A DNA stretch of 63,807 nt, counting the filler, from Octopus bimaculoides (lineage: Eukaryota), in the NCBI RefSeq assembly GCF_001194135.2. It is 5 parts of 5 records of this genome, joined end to end, with 100 filler letters (N's around TTAATTAATTAA, not from the genome) between each part and the next. Parts side by side here need not be neighbours in the genome. Positions count along the whole stretch, not along the records: positions 1 to 7,750 come from NC_068983.1; positions 7,851 to 35,456 come from NC_069004.1; 3 more parts are not named here. One strand, given 5' to 3'. Both the position numbers and the translations under genes were made by a program. Of this stretch, positions 1 through 9,940 are shown in pieces (the stretch's first letter is position 1; every line of letters begins with the position of its first letter). The notes below the pieces were generated by a model, which was not told where the DNA came from, did no database searches, and saw only the letters and a program-made list of their open reading frames with translations.

Positions 1-121
1 TGCCAAATCAGACTGGAGCCTGGTGTTGCCATCCGGTTTCACCAGTCCTCAGTCAAATCGTCCAACCCATGCTAGCATGGAAAGCGGACGTTAAACGATG
101 ATGATGATGATGATGATGATG
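1..121 (+). mobile_element. 3' end of a retroposon (family C) with (GAT)n tail
   Basis: CCAACCCATGCTAGCATGGAAAGCGGACGTTAAACGATGATG then (GAT)n; diverged second copy at 925-1037. Confidence 0.7.
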
Positions 122-127
122 TATATA

Positions 128-740
128 TAGGGTGTGGTGAATAAACTGTCGTCTAAATTATGCAAAAATGAAAATAACACTGACATCTCATTTTGATAGA
201 TATATTTACTAAAATTGCATAAAAATATCTTGAAATACTAAAGAATAAATCTATTCAATAAAATTGTCATTAGCTTCAACCACGTCCTCTAGATGACTTC
301 GGAATTTCCAGCAACTCTTCTCGATGGTCTTCTTGTTTAAGTTGGTGAATGCTGTCATAATCCTTACCTTCAGTTCATCTTTGGTGTTTCAAGGATTTTT
401 GTTGGTCTCTCGCTCAACTGTTCCCCACACATAATAATCAAGGGGGTTGCAGTCTGGGGAGTTATGTGGCCAGATGTTATGGGTGATATAGTCACAGAAA
501 TTGTCTGAGAGCCATGACTGGGTCCTCATGCTTGTGCGACATGGTGCAGAGTCCCGTTGCCAGACATAGGGTCTTCCAACAGCCACCCTCTTCACCCAGG
601 GCAGCACTATCACCTCCATGTTGAGTCTGAGATCATGTGGAAAGATGAATGGAGGCATGACATTGCCATCACTAGTGATTACTCCAAACACCATAATGTT
701 GACTGGATGTTTGATTTTCATCATTCTTCATGCATGTCCT
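128..740 (-). mobile_element. Tc1/mariner maT-family (DD37D) transposon remnant, right end
   Basis: TA-flanked terminus TA|TAGGGTGTGGTGAATAAA at ~128 (CAGGGTG-like) downstream of a transposase C-terminal half. Confidence 0.85.
251..724 (-). pseudogene. maT/DD37D transposase, C-terminal half, disrupted
   Basis: KHPVNIMVFGVITSDG...WQRDSAPC...WPHNSPDCNPLDYYVW with 37 residues between the last two Asp. In-frame stop at 389-391, then NTKDELKVRIMTAFTNLNKK...EANDNFIE* ending at 251. Confidence 0.9.
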
Positions 741-924
741 CAAATTGACACCCAAACACTCTGAAATGCTCATATTGGAGCTACTGGTGCAAATGCCAAA
801 CAGCACAGTATATCATTTCCAAATTTCTGGCAGAGTGAATTGTGTCACGGAGCTGTTTTTCTCACAGATGGTGCCCAACTGACCCTAGTATACTGTGTAG
901 TCAACAAAATCAAAAACAAAGCTG

Positions 925-1037
925 TAGAAACCATGCCAAATTAGATTGGAACCTGGCACAACTCTCCCATTTACCAGTTTCAGTCAAACTGTCCAACCCA
1001 TGCCAGCATGGAAAGCAGATACTAAATGATGATGATG
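925..1037 (+). mobile_element. Family C retroposon 3' end
   Basis: GTAGAAACCATGCCAAA...CCAACCCATGCCAGCATGGAAAGCAGA..AAATGATGATG, similar to 1-121. Confidence 0.65.
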
Positions 1038-1044
1038 ACAATCG

Positions 1045-1200
1045 GCTTCTTTCCGTTTCTATTTACCAATCCACTCGCGATACTTCCGTCATCTTGGGGC
1101 TATAGTAGAAGACACTTGCATAGGGTGCCATGCAGTCAGATTGAACTAAGAACCATGTGGTTGGAAAGCAGGCTTCTTACGATACAACCACACCTGCACC
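1045..1200 (-). mobile_element. tRNA-derived SINE (family B), 5' part
   Basis: Reverse complement matches the head at 52862-52968 (GTGGCTGTGTGGTAAG...CCACATGGTTC...GGCACC). Confidence 0.65.
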
Positions 1201-1789
1201 TATAGCTGTGTCATAACTAAACACCATAAGACATTTCCTTTGATCCCCTTACAACTTATTTATTTCACTTTCATTTCTGTCAAGTAAAAAAAGAAAAACA
1301 AGAAAGCAGGTGACATGAATTGTTCAACTTTGTTTTTAAATACAACTTCATTACTGAACTTTCAGCCTTAATTTGTAAACGCTAATTTCAATATACTAAT
1401 TAATATGTGGTACTGCTGTCCTCATTACTTAATAATTGTAATTATAGCTGTAAACAAATTTTTATTTTGAAGGTTACTGAAGTTCATTCTTTTTTTTTCC
1501 CAAACCTGTGCTTTATTTGAAAAATACTTAAGGATGTGTTGAAATGTCAGCGAGCTTAATATATCAAGCAACTTTCAGACCAGAATTATAAAATTTTAAT
1601 ATCGTAAACTTAATTATGATGTTAGAGGGTGACAACTTTTGCATTGTAGTGAATCTGTCACACATGCACGCACAAATGCACACACACACACATGCACACA
1701 AGTACTGAGTGTGTTTTCATATATATGTATTATATGTGTGTGTGTATATATATATATGTTTGCGTGTGTGTATTATGTATATATAAATT

Positions 1790-2168
1790 GTGGCGCTCTG
1801 TCGCTTACGATGATGAGGGTTCCAGTTGATCTGATCATCAGAACAGCTTGCTCGTGAAATTCACGTGCAAGTGGCTGAGCACTTCACAGATATGTGTGCC
1901 CTTAATGTAGTTCTTGGGGAGATTCAGCGTGACAGAGAGTGTGATAAGGCTGACCCTTTGAAATACTGGTACAACAGAAACAGGAAGAAAGAGTGTGAGA
2001 AAGTTGTGGTAAAAGAGTACAGCAGGGTTCGCCACCACCCACTGCCGGAGCCTGATGGAGCTTTAGGTGTTTTTGCTCAGATAACACTCACAACGCTTGG
2101 TCTGGGAATTGAAGCACGATCCTATAACCACGAGTCCGATGCCCGAACTCCTGGGCCATTGCACCTCC
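1790..2168 (-). mobile_element. tRNA-derived SINE (family A), near full length
   Basis: Minus strand: GGAGGTGCAATGGCCCAG head with A/B-box-like motifs, then core GTGCTCAGCCACTTGCACG..ATTTCACGAGC..GATCAACTGGAACCCTC shared with 46208-46530 and 59338-59445. Confidence 0.8.
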
Positions 2169-2447
2169 ATATATATATATATATANNNNNNNNNNNNNNN
2201 NNNNNNNNNNNNNNNNNNNNNNNNNNNNNNNNNNNNNNNNNNNNNNNNNNNNNNNNNNNNNNNNNNNNNNNNNNNNNNNNNNNNNNNNNNNNNNNNNNNN
2301 NNNNNNNNNNNNNNNNNNNNNNNNNNNNNNNNNNNNNNNNNNNNNNNNNNNNNNNNNNNNNNNNNNNNNNNNNNNNNNNNNNNNNNNNNNNNNNNNNNNN
2401 NNNNNNNNNNNNNNNNNNNNNNNNNNNNNNNNNNNNNNNNNNNNNNN

Positions 2448-2488
<41 letters not shown>

Positions 2489-2849
2489 TAGATATACACA
2501 GATACACTCCTATATAAACTTACATATGCATAGATGTACATGCACACACATACACAGATATTTGTTTTTATATATGTGCACGCACACACACACACACACA
2601 CACTCACACACATGCACTCTCATGCACACATATACACACACAAACACACACACACACACATTAATATACATACATGCAAATATAAATACATCTCTACTTA
2701 TATACATATATATTTATATGTATGCATAAATGTGCTTTTGAGTTTCATGTATGTGCATGATGTATGCATTCATTTCTGTATTAATGCCTGTAACTGTATG
2801 TGAATAGATACATACATAGATAGATACATACATACATACATATGCATAC

Positions 2850-2881
<32 letters not shown>

Positions 2882-3730
2882 AAATATATGGTGTGTGCAT
2901 GAAATGTGTATGAAGTGTTTTTTTCCCCAGCTGTATGTGGTACACAACAGTAAGCACAACTGAAAAGATAACCAACTAATCTATATGTAATGTAACACAA
3001 GAAGAGATAAATAAATAATTATTTTCATTAGCCTCATTGTTGGTGGACGACTGAATGATGATACTGGTGTTAGAAAAGACGGCGAAGTGCTGAATAGCTT
3101 CTCATGACTGGACACTATTGATATTCTCCATTCTCCACAATGTTCATTGAAGGACATATTGAACAGGTTTGTAACAAACATACACTCTTAAGTGATACTC
3201 TTTGGTATAAGTATCCTTGAATAAACAAACTAGAATTGATATTTTGATAATAGATACAATGGAGGGTTGGCCAGAAAGTAATGCTTTGCAGGTTTTTATA
3301 TTATTTTTTTTTTATTTCACACACACACACACACACGTATATATGTATATCATGTTTATTCTTTTATCCTGTTACTGGTTTCAGCCAATTGGACTTACAG
3401 CAATGCTGGGACACCACATATAATTTCAATAGTTTTTCAGTCAATCATATCAACTCTATTACTCATATCAGTTTAGTAACTCATTGTATCAATATCTGTT
3501 TATCAATCTAGGCTAACTTTTACTATTTGTTTTGTTTATATAAACAGATCTAAATTGATGTACCAATTCACAGTGATATACATATGTATATATGTATGTC
3601 TGTGTATATATATATATATATATATATNNNNNNNNNNNNATATATATAAGGATAAGACTGTTATTTAAAATAACGATCATATCAAGTGGCTAGCATGGGA
3701 AGAAAAACTTTATAAGTAATAATAATTATT

Positions 3731-3977
3731 AAAATTATCATTAAGGGTATCTACTTAAAATAACAGTCAAAACCTGACTCTAAAACCACATCATGTATTC
3801 ATACAGCACAAGGTGAAAAGATAAATAGACAAATAAACTAATAAAAATTATTTAGTTTATTTGTCTATTTATCTTTTCACCAAGTGCTGTATGAATACAT
3901 GATGTGGTTTTAGAGTCAGGTTTTGACTGCTATTTGAGACATGGTGGTATCTCTTAGACACCTTTAATTATAATTTT
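3731..3977. repeat. Long near-perfect inverted repeat (fold-back MITE-like)
   Basis: Arms 3758-3844 and 3848-3935 are reverse complements with about 3 mismatches and one indel; weaker outer arms extend to 3731 and 3977. Confidence 0.9.
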
Positions 3978-4116
3978 ATATGTATATATAAAAACCCAGG
4001 CACACAACACATACAAACACATGTGTTCTATTTTTGTTTCTTTGTTTCAGTCATTTGACTGTGGCCATGTTGGGATACTGCTTTGATGGGTTTTAGTCCA
4101 AAAATGTCAACTCTGG

Positions 4117-4560
4117 TGCCAAATATTTCTCATGCAGTTCCTTCACCAGGACGATAGCATCAGTGGTACTTCTCCCTGGCACAAATCCATTTATGCTGAC
4201 TTTCTTCCTAATTGATTGAGCTATGACCCTTTCTGCAACTTTTATCACCTGGTCCAACAATTTGATACCTCTGTAATTATTTCTGTCTAGGGCATCACAT
4301 TTGCCTTTGTAGCAGTTGAATATAAGGCTGCTACACCAATCATTGGGTATGCCTCCCTTGTGGACAGCCTGATTAACTATATGGGTAACCAGGTCATATC
4401 TCACTCTGCCAGAGATTTTAAACATCTCAGTGGTGATTCCTGTTGGGCAGGAGACTTTACCTGTCTTCATATCCTTAATTGCTTTAACTACTAAGCTACT
4501 GTTGATTTGAATAACCGGTTCCTCTAGTGGGTCCACATTAGGCAGGGTCTCCTTCTCCCA
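4117..4560 (-). mobile_element. RTE-clade LINE fragment, N-terminal RT region, decayed
   Basis: VVKAIKDMKTGK..PTGITTEM..IPNDW....YKGK.DALDRNNYRGIKLL..GFVPGRSTTDAI..EKYLA. Confidence 0.9.
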
Positions 4561-4960
4561 TGCATTCTATACATTTAGCAGCCTTTCATAATGGCACTTC
4601 TTATTTGTAATTGTTATTCGGACTTGCAACCCTCTTGGATGAGTCAGAGGAGCATACTTTGCTCATACATTTCAATTTTGGTTTGGTTTCCTTGCCTGAA
4701 CACCTATCCTATCATGCACTTTATGAAGTGTCCAGTTTATCAAGGCAGCAACACTAGAAAGGCTGTCATGCGTTCAATAAAACTTGAGGGTCCGTTTGCC
4801 TCTACTCAAGATGTATATAGTTTTTCAAATCAGCAAGTTAATGAATATATTCCCATACTCTTAGAATTTTCCCACTTTTGTAAATCGAAAAGACAAGCAA
4901 ATAAATAGAAAGAGAGAGACATACAGAATGCAGGATATAATCAATTGTTTTTCCTGCCTT

Positions 4961-5427
4961 AGGCTTTGGTGGCAGTTTCTTTGAATTTATAAATTCAAAT
5001 GTTTACATTCAAGCCTTTTTCTCCTAGTGCTATGATGTAGCCATAATATCATGTGTGTGCATCTGTGAAAGAGAGGAAGAAATACATTTGGTGCATTGCA
5101 TTCCTCAGGCTATTGCCTCTGTTGTATTCCACTGGTTATAGATTGCATAGAGATGGTGAGCACCATCACCCTCTAGCAAACTCACTATGAATATGTTAAA
5201 CAATGACTGAGATTCTTGGATTCCTTCTTTTACAAGAGTGATTTTCATTGGTCCACCTATTTTACATTAGGAAGTGGGAGAAAGTCTATTCCTTGTTCAA
5301 TTACTTCATAGCAATATAATCAAAATTCAACTGTAGAATCATATTTATCATATTTCATCTATTTCTTGTTCATCTCTTATGAAGCCAATAGCCAAAGGAA
5401 TACTACCAGTGCATATTTCCCTCTCTG

Positions 5428-5465
<38 letters not shown>

Positions 5466-5573
5466 GATTATTGTTACCACCAAGAACTAAGTGGAAAGAT
5501 AAAAGTATGAAGACAGAATTTTTCCCTAAACATTTCAACTCATAAATTCAAGAAGAATCTGTCACCAAAGCCT
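4961..5573. mobile_element. Candidate old MITE bounded by ~45-bp imperfect inverted repeats
   Basis: AGGCTTTGGTGGCAGTTTCTTTGAATTTAT..AAATGTTTA at 4961 versus the reverse complement of 5525-5573; no TSD found. Confidence 0.4.
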
Positions 5574-6001
5574 GTTGCAACAAAACCAAACACAAAACAC
5601 AAGGGAAATGCACCTGCATTCTCTCTTTCTCTCCTTCTCTGTCTGCCTGCTTGTTCGTCTGTCTGTCCGTCCGACTGTTGGTCCATCAATCTCTCTCCCT
5701 CCTCTTCCCCCTCCTCTCCCTCTCTCTACCTACAGTTTTGCCTATGATTTCAAGGTAAAAAAAAGATGAGTGTGGTCATTCATTATATTTGATGCAAAAG
5801 AAAAAAAAAAAAAAACTGTATCCCAAAGTCATAAATTTGACGTCATATACAAGTAGCTTAGTTTAAACAGAAATTCATATATGTGATTGGAATTTTATGA
5901 CTTGTATTAACTACAAAATGAATAAGAAATATATTAAATATGATGTTACAACAATTGAATTTTGATTATTATTGCTATGAAGTAACTGAGGAAGGCAAGT
6001 T

Positions 6002-6032
<31 letters not shown>

Positions 6033-7413
6033 ATATACATACATACATACATNNNNNNNNNNNNNNNNNNNNNNNNNNNNNNNNNNNNNNNNNNNNNNNN
6101 NNNNNNNNNNNNNNNNNNNNNNNNNNNNNNNNNNNNNNNNNNNNNNNNNNNNNNNNNNNNNNNNNNNNNNNNNNNNNNNNNNNNNNNNNNNNNNNNNNNN
6201 NNNNNNNNNNNNNNNNNNNNNNNNNNNNNNNNNNNNNNNNNNNNNNNNNNNNNNNNNNNNNNNNNNNNNNNNNNNNNNNNNNNNNNATACACACACATAT
6301 GTATATATGTATATGTATATATATGTATAAAATAGATAGATGCGTGTGTGTGAATATGTGTGCCTAGTGGAGTTACTTTGTAGCTCATATCACCCTCTTT
6401 TCTCATCTTCTCACCACTTGCAATGCTAGATGATGAATGATCCTCTCCTACCACCAACCTCATTGCACTCTTTCTCTCCTCTGGACCAATTCTCTTATTA
6501 CTCATCATAAACTCTTACTCTTTTCTTCTGTTGTGATTGCCCACCACTTCTCTCCTGTCTCCACTTCAATAACTCATTCTTCTTCCTCCATCTATTCTGA
6601 CCTTATGCTGTTCCTGTCCTTAATCACGTCACCCAAGTGAAAGTACAAGTTTTAGATTACTGAATACTTCCTACACTTATGCTGTGATCTTACAGTGTAA
6701 TACCATAACAGAAAACACCCCTCCAAGTTACCTTCCTTGTGCTCGCTCTATAGTGATTGGTGAATGAGCAGAGGTAAATTAAAGTTGAGAGATCTCTGAG
6801 TCTTGTCTCACTGATGCTTTGGCAACCTCCCTAGTGCTGGTGCCTTGAAAATAAACTCAGTACACTTTATAAAGTGGAAGGCAAATAAGCCAAAAAAGCT
6901 GGTGTCAGGAAAATTACTCTGAGTATATGCATATGCACCATGTATATATATGAATGTGTATAAGCACTGGGTGTGGGAGAAATATATTCCTTTTTATAGT
7001 TGAAAGACATCTAATGTAGCAAGAACAACCATTGCTGCTAAAATGATACTGACCAGTTGGCTGAAATATATTTTTGTTCATGAAGACAAGTGGAAAAGAT
7101 CTCACTTTTAGAGTTCGGATAGGCAGCTAGGTAGAGAAAAGTCTTCAATAATAATCTTTTTCATCTCCTCCTGCTGTTCAAGTAAGGTCTGCACTTTTCC
7201 AGTTCAGTTGATGTTATACTGCACAACATTTTCTTACAATAGCCACATCTCACCAATGTTGTGGCATTATATCTCTTCTGGATGTTAAAATAGGATTGTG
7301 ATTGTTGAGTCTTGTCATAAAGGGACCTTCCATTGCACCCACATATCTATATAAACACGTTATCTCACTAGAATTCTTTAATACTACAACTGGTAAATTG
7401 ATCTCATTTTCAT

Positions 7414-7750
7414 AAGGATAAACCTCTGTACCTGGCTTTCGTTGACATGGAGAAAGCCTTTGACAGGGTCCCCCGATCCCTTATCTGGTGGTCAATGAGG
7501 AAACTTGGGATAGAAGAATGGTTAGTGAGAGCTGTGCGAGCCATGTACAGAGATGCTGCCAGTAAGGTGAGGGTTGGAAATGAGTACAGCAATGAATTCC
7601 GGGTAGAGGTAGGGGTCCACCAAGGTTCCGTCCTCAGCCCCCTCTTATTTATCATAGTCCTCCAGGCAATCACAGAGGAATTCAAGACAGGTTGCCCCTG
7701 GGAGCTCCTCTATGCTGATGACCTTGCCCTAATTGCGGAGTCACTATCAG
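7414..7750 (+). mobile_element. RTE-clade LINE reverse transcriptase core fragment, cut by a gap
   Basis: KDKPLYLAFVDMEKAFDRVPR...GVHQGSVLSPLLF...LLYADDLALI, open frame. Confidence 0.95.
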
Positions 7751-7850
7751 NNNNNNNNNNNNNNNNNNNNNNNNNNNNNNNNNNNNNNNNNNNNTTAATT
7801 AATTAANNNNNNNNNNNNNNNNNNNNNNNNNNNNNNNNNNNNNNNNNNNN
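7751..7850. other. Artificial 100-bp scaffold spacer
   Basis: 44 N + TTAATTAATTAA (stops in six frames) + 44 N. Confidence 0.95.
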
Positions 7851-8372
7851 GAGAGAGAGAGAGAGAGAGAGAGAGGGTAGAAATACATAGACATATATAG
7901 ATAGATATGCATATTCATATATACACAGATAAATATATGGAGATTGATATGTAGCTAGATAGATATACTTATATATATATATATATATTCCCAGAATAAA
8001 TATTTCCGTTTTATAATTTAATAATGATAAATCTCTGAACGAGGTAGCGGTTAGCCACATTTAAGTGGCAAATATACTTCAACATATATCTATATATACA
8101 TACACACGCACATAAATATATATACATAAATATAAGCGATAGTTAACTTAAGCAGTATCTCAACTTAGAATTAGTAAACTCGAGTAGAACAAATCGTGTG
8201 GATTGTGGAATTAACGCTCGTGATAACTTTCCTGAACTAAATTTTGAAGCTTTATGTAAAAGTAATTCCGACGGTGAAATTGATAACACCGTTAAGATAA
8301 CACTAGTACTAATATTGATTATAATCCTAACAACTACTTCTCAGAGGAGGATTAGTACAAATTCTTTCAACC

Positions 8373-8715
8373 ATGAGTGCTAAGTACAAGTATAATTTCA
8401 AAAACAAAATTAGCTGTTCTTCAGAAAATCGATGTTTAAGGAAGTATATAATGTATCAATATAAAGCCATAACAGTGGATCGTATGTATTATTACATAGG
8501 TTATTCTGCTAATATTTGGAAATCTAGATTACATAATCATTCACATTCATTTAGGTATAGAAAGAAATATAATTCTACGAATCTTAGTGAATACACTTAG
8601 GAGTTAAAAGACAGGAATATTAACTATAATTTAAAGTGGTTCATAATTAGATACGCACCTTTGTACTATAGTGGTAATTTTAAATACATAATAGATTTCA
8701 TTGAGGAATATAAGT
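8373..8715 (+). mobile_element. Penelope-like element GIY-YIG endonuclease remnant
   Basis: CSSENRCLRKYIMYQYKA..YYYIGYSANIWKSRLHNHSHSFRYRKKYNSTNLSEYT*ELKDRNINYNLKWFII matches the PLE endonuclease pattern; TAG at 8598-8600 replaces the conserved Trp. Confidence 0.75.
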
Positions 8716-9150
8716 TATATAATTACTTCTATATAAGTATGATTGAATTTTAAAAGCAATTTTACATTCAAATGTTCTCACAAATATAAAAGAACATTTA
8801 GATATTTCAGTAATAAATAATCCATTGATTGTAGTCGCTTTTCCTATAATGCATAATTTGGCCGAAAATTTTTTTTCAGGATATTTAATATATAGATAAC
8901 TAATTGTGACGCAAAATTTCTGCGTATTTCCTTGTCGTGAGGTACAATTCCTATGATTATTTTCTATTTTATATATATATTATCCGTGTGGATGCCCTGA
9001 TGGCTCAAAGTTATTTTCCAGGTAACGGCTAACCGCATCGATCAGTATTTGATGTCTTTGATTATTTATTAGTAGTTGTCATTCACTCTGTAAATTCCTC
9101 TGATGAGTAATTCCGTGTTCGCTTCGCTGAACGGAAATATTATCTGGAGT

Positions 9151-9288
9151 ATAAGCATTACTTACAACGATATAGAACATGGGGACTTCGAAGTCCATAA
9201 AAATATGCTGTATAAAATTGTACAAGGTGTAAAATATCCTGAAGATGAACAAGCCTCCATGTTCTATATCGTTGTAATTATTGCTAAT
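9151..9288. repeat. Small inverted-repeat element
   Basis: Perfect 21-bp IR TTACAACGATATAGAACATGG (9162-9182) / CCATGTTCTATATCGTTGTAA (9257-9277), extending imperfectly about 11 bp further. Confidence 0.8.
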
Positions 9289-9881
9289 GGATACACACAC
9301 ACACATATATATATGTATGTATGTATGACTGTACACCATCAATAACCCAAGCACCAAAGTAATTACCACCCACGATAGTTCTGCTTCCCGCTTACGTTTA
9401 ACTTTGTGTTTTGTTTTTGTTTGAGTAGTATCGGTAATGTTCTACTTGTTATGGTCCTTGTGGCAGATATAGGAAGCCAAGTACACCAATGACTACGTGT
9501 ATTATTAGTCACATTAGTGTTACTTTGTTATTCGTTGTCGTATCACTATAACCATTGTTACAACAACACAAATTTTGCCACTAACCCGAAGACACTTATT
9601 ATACACGAACATACACACAGACAAAAATACACAAACACACAAAGACACAGACACACACTTAGTTATTGTGCCTGTATAATAAGTAGTTGAAATTTCCAAC
9701 TTGAATAGGTGTTCACGAAACACACATACCTGTACACATAACTGTACTCATCTACATATGCGAATGCACAATCATATATATGTGTGTGTGTGTGAGAGAG
9801 AGAGAGTGTGTGTGTAAGAGAGAGAGAGTGTGTGTTTGTGAATAGATATATAATATATATATGTATGTAGATATACAAACA

Positions 9882-9940
<59 letters not shown>

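Noticed and set aside
1865-2168. 206-aa ORF 1865-2485
   Set aside because: Antisense reading of a SINE followed by a gap.
7795-7806. TTAATTAATTAA recurring four times as a possible biological motif
   Set aside because: Always centred in exactly 44N+12+44N: an assembly spacer.
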